DNA of 64,000 nt. Origin: a virus. Of the stretch, positions 1 through 9,491 are shown piece after piece (the stretch's first letter is position 1; each line of letters opens with the position of its first letter). Made by a program: the position numbers and the translations under genes. The stretch is taken from positions 1-64,000 of the IMG/VR virus record IMGVR_UViG_3300032286_000547; one strand, written 5' to 3'. The notes below the pieces were generated by a model. The model searched no databases. It had not been told where the DNA came from and saw only the letters and a program-made list of their open reading frames with translations.

Positions 1-1
1 T

Positions 2-229
2 GATGGTTCAATGGTAAACAACATTAGAGAAGTACGTATGAAAGGTGCTCCTTCTATGACATGGGGTTATATTGATGGTACTCGTCACCACTTAGGTTTT
101 GCTAAGTCTCAAGGTATGAGTTCTGCTAACAAATTCCCAGGATACGAAATCTGGATGAAAGACAGATGTGATGTATTTATCGAAGATCTTTCTAGAACTG
201 TGTTGATCGAGGAAATCCCACAATTCTAA
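2..229 (+). CDS. Major capsid protein, C-terminal part (gene begins upstream of the window)
   Basis: Frame is open from base 2 (DGS-MVNNIREV...). The pattern NI..V...G....WGY..G...S....GYEI.....V..ED resembles crAss-like MCP C-termini, and the gene sits directly before the conserved capsid/neck block. Confidence 0.7.
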   Translation, partial: DGSMVNNIREVRMKGAPSMTWGYIDGTRHHLGFAKSQGMSSANKFPGYEIWMKDRCDVFIEDLSRTVLIEEIPQF

Positions 230-241
230 TAATAAAATTCC

Positions 242-289
242 GAGAAGAATCCCCTCAACTCCTCTCCCTCCTACGAGGGGATGATTCTC
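242..289 (+). other. Strong stem-loop after the MCP stop codon (transcript stabiliser, processing site or ncRNA element)
   Basis: GAGAA-GA-ATCCCCTC (242-256) pairs with GAGGGGAT-GA-TTCTC (275-289) through a tandem GA/GA internal loop. The loop is 18 nt and pyrimidine-rich, and there is no U-tail. Confidence 0.7.
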
Positions 290-445
290 AAACCTAGTGC
301 CCAACTAAGCATTTGCCTTAGCGCCTGCACTTTAAAATAAGAATATGCTTAGTCAAGCCTCTTGTGTAAACAACGTAACTAAGTAAGAGTGATGGATTGG
401 GGTGTCCCTGGTCGCATATCCATTCAATTGGAACACTCTACAAAT

Positions 446-519
446 CGTGTGGTAGAGCAGTTGGTTAGCTTGCTGGACTCATAATCCAGAGGTCGAAGGT
501 TCGAGTCCTTCCCACGCAA
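446..519 (+). tRNA. trnfM: tRNA-Met(CAT), initiator (fMet)-type; CCA not encoded
   Basis: Cloverleaf: acceptor CGTGTGG/CCACGCA with C1xA72 mismatch, D-stem GAGC/GCTT (A11-U24), anticodon stem CTGGA/TCCAG with loop CT-CAT-AA (anticodon 480-482), T-arm GAAGG-TTCGAGT-CCTTC, discriminator A. Confidence 0.95.
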
Positions 520-553
520 CTAAAAATAAACCAAATTATTAAATAACTACATT

Positions 554-1522
554 ATGGGTAAAACAGGCAAAATTTCTACTATCAAGAAAGAGTATAATAA
601 TTCTCAATTACAAACAATGGATAGTGGGTTAGCACAGAAAGGAATGACAAGAATACCTGGTACAGGTGTATTCAAATATCCTTACAAGGAATTAGATGGT
701 AAGTACAGAACAGGACTTGATCCAGATGCTGCTTACATTAAACGTATCAAAGATGATACAGAAAGAGAACTTGAAATTGAAAGAGTAACTGCTCTTAGAA
801 AGAAACTTGAGAATGAGATAGGTGATATTGACTTAGGGCCACGTTCTAAATTCTGGAACTATGGACTATCATTATCTCCAGATGATCAAACTCACGTACA
901 AGCAGTTAAATTAATGGATGGTGATAACTATTTTGATTTATCAAATGCTTTCCAAGAAATAGCCTTTTCATGGTTGAGAGTACATCCTACCATTGCATCT
1001 TCTTACCAAGCATGGGAAAGAGGAGAATATGCAGCAGATACACAGTTTTATGTTGTAGATGATGAGATAGAGAATGCAGTGATCTTCAAGAAAAAACAAT
1101 TGATCAACAAAGCAATTGTTAAATTTGATCAAATGACTCCTGAGAAGAAACGTAAAGTTGCAAGACTTTTAGGACTTCCAGTATCAGAAGATTCAAAAGA
1201 AGAAGTTGTATACAACTTAGTAGATAATGTATTGAAACAAACAGAATTCAAGAATGGTAAGTATTCAGGATTGAATCCAGTTGAAGTGTTCAATAGATTT
1301 GCTGACATGAAAGAAAGTTTACTCCATATTAAAGATTTAGTAAAACAAGCTGTTGCACACTCTATTTATAGAATCAAACCTAATGGTAAGGTTTATGAAG
1401 GTGAATTTGAGATAGCTAAAGATGAGGAAGATTTAATCAAATTCCTTGCTGATGATGATAACCAAGATGAGTTATTAACGTTAGAAGGCAAACTAAAAAC
1501 TAAAAAACTAGCTTCTGTATAA
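554..1522 (+). CDS. Conserved crAss-like protein following MCP (gene-75-like, function unknown)
   Basis: 322-aa ORF in the position immediately after MCP in the crAss-like gene order; motifs FW..Y and FSWLRVHPTIA. Confidence 0.6.
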   Translation: MGKTGKISTIKKEYNNSQLQTMDSGLAQKGMTRIPGTGVFKYPYKELDGKYRTGLDPDAAYIKRIKDDTERELEIERVTALRKKLENEIGDIDLGPRSKFWNYGLSLSPDDQTHVQAVKLMDGDNYFDLSNAFQEIAFSWLRVHPTIASSYQAWERGEYAADTQFYVVDDEIENAVIFKKKQLINKAIVKFDQMTPEKKRKVARLLGLPVSEDSKEEVVYNLVDNVLKQTEFKNGKYSGLNPVEVFNRFADMKESLLHIKDLVKQAVAHSIYRIKPNGKVYEGEFEIAKDEEDLIKFLADDDNQDELLTLEGKLKTKKLASV

Positions 1523-1549
1523 GGGGCTAGTTTAAAAATATAAAAGAGT

Positions 1550-2281
1550 ATGATACCAGTAGATAGTTTATTATATAAGATCGATCAGAAACTAAATAAA
1601 CTATCAACTAATGAGCACCAACAGATTCAGTTAGAAGACAAGATCTTAGCTTTGAATGAGGCTCAGATTAAGTTGATAAAGCAAAAAGTTGATGGTCTTA
1701 GTGTTACTAGTGGATTAGGGATGGATGCGTTTAAAAAACGTTATGAAGACTTACAGAGTCTTATAATGAATTACAATCATCAGCCTTTAGATCTTATACT
1801 AAAGAATCCTGAATTGAATCAATGGTGTACGTATGTACACGATCTTACTCCACAATATATGTTCTATATAGATTCATATTTGTTGGCAGATAAAGGAAGA
1901 TGTAAGGATAGAAAGATTTGGATAAATCGAGATCTTGCAAAACATGGTGATCTACAGTTTATATTAAACAATGATCATTACAAACCAAGTTTTGAATACC
2001 AAGAAACATTCAACTCTTTGTCATCAGATGAGATAAGTTACTTTACAGATGGTACATTTATCCCAACAAAAGTTTACATAATGTACATGAGATATCCTCA
2101 ATATATAAATAAAGCAGGATACATAATGTTAGATGGGAATCCATCATTTGATCAAGATTGTGAACTTGAATTATATTTAGAAGATGAACTGTTAGATCTT
2201 ACAGTACAGAATCTAGCAATGTATACTGAAAACTCTGCTGCTGTACAAAGTGCTCAGTTCAGAATACAAACAAATGAATAA
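1550..2281 (+). CDS. crAss-like neck/ring structural protein (gene-74-like)
   Basis: LNEAQ..LIK, FKKRYEDLQSL, Y.RYP, CEL..YL.DE..DL.V motifs resemble crAss ring proteins; synteny agrees. Confidence 0.65.
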   Translation: MIPVDSLLYKIDQKLNKLSTNEHQQIQLEDKILALNEAQIKLIKQKVDGLSVTSGLGMDAFKKRYEDLQSLIMNYNHQPLDLILKNPELNQWCTYVHDLTPQYMFYIDSYLLADKGRCKDRKIWINRDLAKHGDLQFILNNDHYKPSFEYQETFNSLSSDEISYFTDGTFIPTKVYIMYMRYPQYINKAGYIMLDGNPSFDQDCELELYLEDELLDLTVQNLAMYTENSAAVQSAQFRIQTNE

Positions 2282-2309
2282 ACTTTATTAACATTTAAAA
2301 TAAATTAAA

Positions 2310-3482
2310 ATGGCTGATTTTTCATTAACCACGGTATTCGTGGTTCCAGTAGGGCAAACTGCACTCCCTAGCTCTGGCTCAACACAAAACTTGACTGCAG
2401 GACAAGTTGGTTTCTTTAGAAACGATTATTCGGTAGCTACTGCTGCGAATATTGCTGCTGCTCCTTATTTTTACGTAGCACAAGGTAGAACAAACACTTA
2501 TTTACAAGGCTCTAAAAGATCTGACAAGATCAAAGGATGTCCTTCAGGATCTGGTTGTAACTCAAACGTAACAGAATGGTACAAAGTATCAGGATGTCCT
2601 ACAGCTGCAAACCAAATTACTGATGTAACTAATTTCACTGTACAATGTGGAGAAGTTATCACGTTAACTTTACGTGCTCACTCTTCTTATATTGATACAT
2701 TGTATTTTAATGGTTTCACTCGTTCGGTAACTATCCAAGCTCCATGTTGTAATTGTGATGACAACCCATGTGATGATGTAAGTGCTAACACTATCATCAA
2801 TGAGTTGATTTATCAATTAAACTTAAAAGCTCCAGGAAACAACCCTGACAACATTTCTTTCTCTACATTCTATACATTTGAAAATGTAGGTGGAACTACT
2901 TTACGTATTACAGGAAAACCATTAACTAAATATGGACAACCTTGTGATGTAGCTGCGTTCCCTTTTGAATATGACAGAATGTGGTTTAGAACATTTGTAT
3001 ACTCAGGTCCAGCTACTACTGCTGACTTTATCGTTGCAGATAACTGTAATCTTGTTGCTGATCCTATTATTAGACAACGTGCTTCTTATGCTACTGGTAC
3101 ATCTGCAGAAATTGCTCAATTAGAGAAAAATTTCTATAGCTACCAAGCTGGTTACTTGAAACATTTATATAGAATGAATGGATACAATGAGAACTTTGAG
3201 TCTTGGGTATCTGATGGTGTTACTTATGACACTTACTATATCAAATTCAACGAGTACAACAAATCTGAGTACCAATGGGGTGATTACATTATGGAAGACT
3301 CTACAGTGATTATCGCTGCTCCTAATGCTACAACAAGTGGTATTTCTGCTGCAATCACTACTGTATTAGAAGCTGGATTAGGTACTGTGGTAGATCAAGG
3401 TATTCCTTGTATTACAACTACATCTACTACAACTGGTGTCCCTGCATCTACAACAACTACTACTTCTACTCTTATCCCTTAA
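2310..3482 (+). CDS. crAss-like auxiliary capsid / major structural protein (gene-73-like) with C-terminal Thr-rich tail
   Basis: 390 aa with codon usage like the MCP fragment (TTC/AAC/ATC). GTSAEIAQLE...Y.A and YDTYYIKF motifs, C-terminal ITTTSTTTGVPASTTTTTSTLIP, and a long hairpin after the stop. Confidence 0.6.
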   Translation: MADFSLTTVFVVPVGQTALPSSGSTQNLTAGQVGFFRNDYSVATAANIAAAPYFYVAQGRTNTYLQGSKRSDKIKGCPSGSGCNSNVTEWYKVSGCPTAANQITDVTNFTVQCGEVITLTLRAHSSYIDTLYFNGFTRSVTIQAPCCNCDDNPCDDVSANTIINELIYQLNLKAPGNNPDNISFSTFYTFENVGGTTLRITGKPLTKYGQPCDVAAFPFEYDRMWFRTFVYSGPATTADFIVADNCNLVADPIIRQRASYATGTSAEIAQLEKNFYSYQAGYLKHLYRMNGYNENFESWVSDGVTYDTYYIKFNEYNKSEYQWGDYIMEDSTVIIAAPNATTSGISAAITTVLEAGLGTVVDQGIPCITTTSTTTGVPASTTTTTSTLIP

Positions 3483-3511
3483 GAATAAACAGTAGATAAA
3501 TATTAATAACC

Positions 3512-3561
3512 TATGCCAGGGGAAAGAGGATAAATCTCACATTCCTCTGGCATATTTATTT
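3512..3561 (+). terminator. Long hairpin with weak U-tail (partial terminator or stabiliser)
   Basis: TATGCCAG-GGGAA (3512-3524) pairs with TTCCT-CTGGCATA (3542-3554), followed by TTTATTT. Confidence 0.55.
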
Positions 3562-3570
3562 AAAAACAAC

Positions 3571-4134
3571 ATGGCAAACTTACAATTAGATATACTAGTA
3601 GTACCTACTTATGATGTTAATACTCTTGGTGTTGCAGATGCTTCTGTATATCCTACCAATCCTCCAGTGGTCTCAGCACCATCTATTGAGATTGAAATAC
3701 CAGGATTCGGAATCAAAATATTACCTTTTGTTCCTGACCAATTAAATGTATTTACATCTTCTAATTTGGGAATTACAGATCCTGGTTGTAATCAACCACT
3801 TCCTGATGGAATATACAGATTAAAATATTCTGTTGCTCCTGCATATGCAAACTATGTGGAGAAAACAATATTACGTGTTGATAGACTTCAAGAGAAGTTT
3901 GACAATGCGTTTTTACAATTAAATATGATGGAGTGTGATAGAGCACTTAAAACACAATCTAGTGTTATGTTAAATACAATTAACTTTTTTATTCAAGGAG
4001 CGATTGCAGCAGCTAACAATTGTGCAGAATATGAATCAAACACATTATATACTCAGGCAGATAATATGTTAGATAACTTTTTAAGAACCAACTGTGGTTG
4101 TTCAGGTAACAACTACTTAATAAACTTTTACTAA
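3571..4134 (+). CDS. Putative virion structural protein (tail hub/collar-like)
   Basis: 187 aa; beta-rich N-terminus with LPDGIYRLKYSV, helical C-terminus ending in CGC; inside the structural operon. Confidence 0.5.
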   Translation: MANLQLDILVVPTYDVNTLGVADASVYPTNPPVVSAPSIEIEIPGFGIKILPFVPDQLNVFTSSNLGITDPGCNQPLPDGIYRLKYSVAPAYANYVEKTILRVDRLQEKFDNAFLQLNMMECDRALKTQSSVMLNTINFFIQGAIAAANNCAEYESNTLYTQADNMLDNFLRTNCGCSGNNYLINFY

Positions 4135-4136
4135 TT

Positions 4137-4232
4137 ATGGCACAATGTAATTCATGCGGAGCTAAAGTGGGATGTGGATGTCAATTAACCAATGGGTTAT
4201 GTGCACACTGCGCATCTAAAATTGAAAAATAA
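4137..4232 (+). CDS. 31-aa Cys-rich peptide (not in ORF track): MAQCNSCGAKVGCGCQLTNGLCAHCASKIEK
   Basis: Fills the gap between two genes (2 nt after one stop, 11 nt before the next start); CxxC-x5-CGC-x6-CxxC. Confidence 0.7.
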   Translation: MAQCNSCGAKVGCGCQLTNGLCAHCASKIEK

Positions 4233-4243
4233 AAAACCTGATT

Positions 4244-5305
4244 ATGTTATCACCAAGACTAACAAATTGCCCAGAATGTGCTAACATTCCTTCTTTACTT
4301 AAAAAAATAGATTGCAAATTAGCAGAGCTTGGGAATAACTTGTACAACAATATTTCATATATGTTGAACAAACCTGTGCCTTCTAGTGACATACTTCAGC
4401 TGATAGGATATAGAAGAATACTTATGTATAAGTATTGTAATCCTAATTATGTGAATAAATACTCAGTAAATATGATTGCTAGTAGAGTGATACGTCTTAC
4501 ATTAGGATGTGTTAGTAGATGTAATGAACCAGAACGTTGTTTAGAGGAACCTTGTGATATTAAGATTGTATCAAATCCTACAACAACCAGTACAAGTACA
4601 CTTGCACCTATTACAACAACTACCAGTACAAGTTCAAGCAGTACTTCTACAACCAGTACTAGTACTACTGCAGTACCAACCACAACCACTACAAGTTCTA
4701 CTAGTACATCTACAACTAGTACAACTACAACAGTAGTACCAACTACTACAACTACTAGTTCTAGTTCTACAAGTACTTCTACAAGTACTTCTACATCAAC
4801 AACTACAAGCACTACAACTACTTTACCACCTACAACAACAACCACTAGTAGTAGTTCTTCAACATCTACAACCACTAGTACAACTAGTAGTTCTAGTTCA
4901 ACAACCACTACTACTACCACTGGAATTCCTTTCTACAATGTTCAAATACTTTTATCTCAAAAAGAAAATATAGGACAAAATGTAAAAATATGGTTTAGTT
5001 TTGGAGGAGCAAATTGGAATTTTTTTACAACAGGATCCCCTGGTACATACCCATTTTATAATTCATTTTCAGGATTATCATTTAGTTTAGGAACAAATAT
5101 ATTAATTGGATTAACAAATACTTCGGATACTGATATATCATATGGAGTTGGACAATCGTCAGGAGATTTTACATCTTTATGTGGACTTGTTTCACCATAT
5201 GTAATTAATAATATTTCAGCAAATACAACATTATATTTAAACTTAGATACAGATACTTCGGATTATATACCTTGTGCAACAACAACAACAACAACAACAG
5301 TTTAA
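4244..5305 (+). CDS. Putative structural protein with ~115-aa mucin-like Thr/Ser tract
   Basis: Helical Cys-containing N-domain, long T/S/P tract, beta-rich C-domain and terminal TTTTTTTV. Confidence 0.6.
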   Translation: MLSPRLTNCPECANIPSLLKKIDCKLAELGNNLYNNISYMLNKPVPSSDILQLIGYRRILMYKYCNPNYVNKYSVNMIASRVIRLTLGCVSRCNEPERCLEEPCDIKIVSNPTTTSTSTLAPITTTTSTSSSSTSTTSTSTTAVPTTTTTSSTSTSTTSTTTTVVPTTTTTSSSSTSTSTSTSTSTTTSTTTTLPPTTTTTSSSSSTSTTTSTTSSSSSTTTTTTTGIPFYNVQILLSQKENIGQNVKIWFSFGGANWNFFTTGSPGTYPFYNSFSGLSFSLGTNILIGLTNTSDTDISYGVGQSSGDFTSLCGLVSPYVINNISANTTLYLNLDTDTSDYIPCATTTTTTTV

Positions 5306-5325
5306 ACCTTTTAAAATAAAATAAT

Positions 5326-6426
5326 ATGTCCAATTGCTCAAATTGTTATAACGGATGTACAGAGATTGTCTCTGACAGATGTGTTAAATATACAGGGATA
5401 GATGTTCCTGTTCTAGGAATACAAACAGGTGATTCATTATCATTTGTAGAACAAGCATTGATTACATTCCTTACATCTGCAATAGATGGTACAGGAATCA
5501 AACCAATTATAAATGATACTATCATTTGTGATCTTGTAAGACAGTATTTACCAACATGTGGTGATCTTTCATTGAATGATATGTTAACAGCTATTATAAA
5601 AGCTGCTTGTGATCTTCAAGAACAAATAGATGCTATAGTTGCAGACATAGTAATTATTAATAATGATATAGATGTAATTGAGGCTGATTATACTGTAAGA
5701 TGTCTTGTAGATGGAACACCTTCTATAACACCTTCTTCAGGAACACATGCTGTTCTTCAAGCTACAATAGATACATTATGTGCATTAGCTTTAGATCTTA
5801 GTACAAATTATGTAAGTATAGCTAACATTGATACTTACATTGCAGCATATATTAGTGGTGCAAGTTCATTAGTAAGTACTAAAATGATTCCTTATGTAGC
5901 AGTTCCTTATTTCAATCCAGATCTTTCAAACTTTGATGGTACAGGAGCTGGTATAGGAAACTGGGCTAAGATTTATTTATGTAATGGAGCTAATCCAGGT
6001 GTACCTGATTTAAGAGGTAGAATGTTAGTTGGAGCAACTACAGGAATGAATGGTGGACCACTTAACTCTGCTGTTGATCCTGCTTTACCAGGTAATCCTC
6101 CTTATACATTAGGAACTACTACAGGGGTAAATCAAGTTACACTTGCACCTACACAAATTCCTAGTCACACACATACAGCTACCGCTACATCTACAGTTAC
6201 TGATCCTGGACATACACATAATTATACAACTCCTAATGCAGACGGTAGTGCTACAGGTAATGCAGATAATCATCCTGATGGACCTCTTGTTACTAGACAA
6301 ACAACATCAAGCACTACAGGAATAACTGTTGCTACTTCAGTAACTGTTAATCCATTTGGTGGAGGACTTCCTCATCAAAATAATCAACCTGCTTATGGTT
6401 GTTACTATATTATATATATACCTTAA
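5326..6426 (+). CDS. Tail-collar/short-fibre-type protein (tail collar domain, HxH repeats)
   Basis: LCNGAN..VPDLRGRMLVG, VTL..QIPSHTH, DPGHTH and GGGLPHQNNQP..YII are tail collar (MdpB-like) motifs; coiled coil upstream. Confidence 0.75.
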   Translation: MSNCSNCYNGCTEIVSDRCVKYTGIDVPVLGIQTGDSLSFVEQALITFLTSAIDGTGIKPIINDTIICDLVRQYLPTCGDLSLNDMLTAIIKAACDLQEQIDAIVADIVIINNDIDVIEADYTVRCLVDGTPSITPSSGTHAVLQATIDTLCALALDLSTNYVSIANIDTYIAAYISGASSLVSTKMIPYVAVPYFNPDLSNFDGTGAGIGNWAKIYLCNGANPGVPDLRGRMLVGATTGMNGGPLNSAVDPALPGNPPYTLGTTTGVNQVTLAPTQIPSHTHTATATSTVTDPGHTHNYTTPNADGSATGNADNHPDGPLVTRQTTSSTTGITVATSVTVNPFGGGLPHQNNQPAYGCYYIIYIP

Positions 6427-6438
6427 TAAATCATCAAG

Positions 6439-8745
6439 ATGGCATATCCTTTTTTACCAGTAAATCCTTGCTGTACAGACGTAGTTCTAAATACTCCTTG
6501 TGGATGTAGTTCTACAATTACCAATGGTGGTTGTAATAATAACGATCCATGTAGTACTCATTTAACTGCATCTAGCACTGTTGTTTATGATGGTCCTGCA
6601 CTACCATGTATAGTGGCTGAACCATGTGATACATTAAATGTAATCTTACAAAAGATAGATGAGATTATTTGTAATTTATTAACACAAATAAATTATTTAA
6701 ATAATCAAGTTACTAATATCACTAATCAAGTGATTACCATCAATGGTGATATAATTAATATATATAATATATTAGATGAGTGTTGTACTGCAACTACTAC
6801 CACTACATCTACAACAACATCAGCTCCTTGTGAAAGTTTCTCATTAGATAACACTGGAAATGAAGCAGTTGCTATCATTACTACTGATTGTACTACAGGA
6901 GAATTAGTTGCTACAGTCTTATTACCAGGAGTTACAAATATTTGTGTTGAAACAGATAGTCCTTTAACTGTTCCTGGAGATGTTATTGTTACACCAAATG
7001 GTCCTTGTGGTCCAACAACTACAACTACCACTACAACTATTCCTCCAAGCACCACAACCACTACAACAACTGTAGTATATGAATGTCAGTGTTTTACATT
7101 CTATAATGATGATGCTGTTACTCATGTGATAAATTATAAAGATTGTAATAATGTAAACGTTGGACCTTTGGATATTCTTCCACGTGAAACTATACAAGTT
7201 TGTGGAGGTTCTGGATCAGCTAGTGATCCTTTAGTTACAATTTCAGTAGGAGCTGATTGTATAGATGGGTCTTGTCCTACACCTAGTACAACTACCACCA
7301 CTACAACAATTGCTGAATGTACTTGTTATTATGCTGCTGTAACTATATCACAAGAATTATTAGATGTAACAGATAATGGTACAATTATAGTTAGTTTTAA
7401 TGATTGTGATGGAAATGCTCAATTAAATAATTATAGAAATGCAGGATCTTATTTATTAGGATGTGCAAACTTTATTCCAGGAATAGAAGTTACAGGATTA
7501 GTTGATGGAACAATAGTATTTCTTTCTGCTCCTTTTTCAATATATGAACAATGTTGTCCAGAATCTCCAACAACAAGTACTACTACTAGTACAAGTAGTA
7601 CAAGTAGTACAACAACTACTAGTTCTAGTTCAACAACAACCACAACCACAACTTGTCCTTGTACGAATCATGAACTAACAGGAGACTTAACAGGAGACAC
7701 TGAGTTTGTTTTTGTAGAATGTGGAAATACAGAATATACAAGTGTAACACTTGGAGGTTTTCCACAAGTGTATTGTATTGACAATAGTTATCGTGTTATT
7801 ATTATAGGAACTGGTGATGATTTTAATACAGGAGTTTGTTGTTCTATAACAACTACAACAACAACTACAGTTGTACCAACCACTACGACAACAACTACTA
7901 TTGCTCCTACAACAACTACTACCACAACAGTAAATCCAACAACTACAACTACAACAACATCTTATCCTTTTGATTGTTCATGTTTGAATGTTAATATATC
8001 TCAAACAGATTTAGATGATGCTACAGGAAACACTGGACCTGGTATACTTAATAATACAGTTTATTTAACAACTATAGAAGGTAGTGCATGTGATGGATCA
8101 GATGTAAATGCTGTTTACAGAGGTGTAACAACTGATGTTTTTTGTATTGACTTATCAGTAGCATTAGGAAATATAGAATTATTCTATTATAAAAATAATG
8201 TACCTGTATACTTCCCTAGTATAGATAGTACATACACTATTTTATATTCAGAATGTTTAGAAAGAGGTGACTGTGAAATAACAACTACGACCACCACTAC
8301 TATAGCACCAACCACTACTACCACTACTACAGTAGCACCTAGTACTACAACTACAACAACTGGTATACCTACAACAACAACTACAACAACTGCAGTTCCA
8401 ACAACTACAACAACTACTACAATATTTGATAGACGTTGTACATGTTTCCATGTTACTATAGATCAAGCAGATATAGATGATGCTACAGGTAATGCAGATC
8501 CTGTAAAGGATGGTAAATTGTACTTACAAACTTCTAAAGGTTCAGGTTGTGATGGTGCTCCTGATATATCTGCAGTATACACAACATTTGGTTCAGATGG
8601 TTTCTGTATAACAACATCACTTGTTAGTTCAATACAGTTATATTATTATAAAAATGATGTTCCAATTTACTATCCAGCTACAGCTAGTTCATACAATGTA
8701 TTGTATACTGCTTGTTCAGTGAATGGAGAATGTTTACCTGTATAA
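6439..8745 (+). CDS. Fibre-like protein: Cys-rich modules linked by poly-Thr tracts
   Basis: N-terminal VYDGPALPC module and coiled coil, repeated Cys modules separated by T6-T10 runs, and two ~100-aa repeats (ISQ.D.DDATGN...FCI...YYKN.VP). Confidence 0.65.
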   Translation: MAYPFLPVNPCCTDVVLNTPCGCSSTITNGGCNNNDPCSTHLTASSTVVYDGPALPCIVAEPCDTLNVILQKIDEIICNLLTQINYLNNQVTNITNQVITINGDIINIYNILDECCTATTTTTSTTTSAPCESFSLDNTGNEAVAIITTDCTTGELVATVLLPGVTNICVETDSPLTVPGDVIVTPNGPCGPTTTTTTTTIPPSTTTTTTTVVYECQCFTFYNDDAVTHVINYKDCNNVNVGPLDILPRETIQVCGGSGSASDPLVTISVGADCIDGSCPTPSTTTTTTTIAECTCYYAAVTISQELLDVTDNGTIIVSFNDCDGNAQLNNYRNAGSYLLGCANFIPGIEVTGLVDGTIVFLSAPFSIYEQCCPESPTTSTTTSTSSTSSTTTTSSSSTTTTTTTCPCTNHELTGDLTGDTEFVFVECGNTEYTSVTLGGFPQVYCIDNSYRVIIIGTGDDFNTGVCCSITTTTTTTVVPTTTTTTTIAPTTTTTTTVNPTTTTTTTSYPFDCSCLNVNISQTDLDDATGNTGPGILNNTVYLTTIEGSACDGSDVNAVYRGVTTDVFCIDLSVALGNIELFYYKNNVPVYFPSIDSTYTILYSECLERGDCEITTTTTTTIAPTTTTTTTVAPSTTTTTTGIPTTTTTTTAVPTTTTTTTIFDRRCTCFHVTIDQADIDDATGNADPVKDGKLYLQTSKGSGCDGAPDISAVYTTFGSDGFCITTSLVSSIQLYYYKNDVPIYYPATASSYNVLYTACSVNGECLPV

Positions 8746-8765
8746 ATATTAAATAAAATTATATA

Positions 8766-9455
8766 ATGGCTAATTGCTCAAAAATAAATAATACAACAAT
8801 AATAGGAACGAGTGCTGTCACATATGATGGCACTCCACTTCCTTGTACAGATGTAAATACATGTGATGGGTTAAATACCATACTTGCTAAGTTTGATGCT
8901 ATTATATGTGATGTCAAATCTAATGTAGATACACTTACAGAAGAGATAATAGATATTACAGAGAATGTAATGCTTATTACAGAAGACATAATTAATATCC
9001 AAAATCAGTTAGAGATATGTTGTCCTAATTGTGATTTCACTGGAACTGCTGATCAACTATTAGATTGTACTTTTACTGGAACTGCTAGTCAACTTCCAGA
9101 TTCTACAACTACTACAACTAGTTCTAGTACATCTACTAGTACTTCCACTAGTACATCTACATCCACTAGTACAAGTACATCTACATCTACATCCACTACT
9201 ACTACTAGTTCAAGTAGTACAACAACTAGTACCACTACATTAGCTCCAGGAGATTTATGTTACAATGTTGAAATTTATCCTCCTATATTTAGTCCAGGTA
9301 CATTTCACGATGTAACATATACAGATTGTTTAGATATTGTTCAATCAGTAAGTGTTCCTGATGGTGGAAGTATGGTAACTATATGCTCAAAAGGAATTAT
9401 ATCAGATAATGGAAATGGTATAACTTTTCCTTTACTAACATTATGTACATCTTAA
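8766..9455 (+). CDS. Fibre-like protein with S/T tract; N-terminus paralogous to 6439
   Basis: VTYDGTPLPC..CDGLNTIL.K.D.IIC, coiled coil, (ST)n tract and one Cys module. Confidence 0.6.
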   Translation: MANCSKINNTTIIGTSAVTYDGTPLPCTDVNTCDGLNTILAKFDAIICDVKSNVDTLTEEIIDITENVMLITEDIINIQNQLEICCPNCDFTGTADQLLDCTFTGTASQLPDSTTTTTSSSTSTSTSTSTSTSTSTSTSTSTSTTTTSSSSTTTSTTTLAPGDLCYNVEIYPPIFSPGTFHDVTYTDCLDIVQSVSVPDGGSMVTICSKGIISDNGNGITFPLLTLCTS

Positions 9456-9491
9456 TTAAAAATCAACTATAATAAATTAATATATAAAAAT

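Noticed and set aside
92-304. 70-aa minus-strand ORF over the MCP end and hairpin
   Set aside because: Overlaps the capsid gene and a structured RNA element; no support as a gene.
257-3530. Long-range pairing between the C/U-rich loop (257-274) and the purine-rich arm at 3518-3530
   Set aside because: Only about 6 contiguous complementary bases, and the purine arm is already paired locally.
5279-5299. Pure (ACA)7 microsatellite as a phase-variation switch
   Set aside because: A triplet unit at the extreme C-terminus cannot shift frame; it would only change Thr-tail length.
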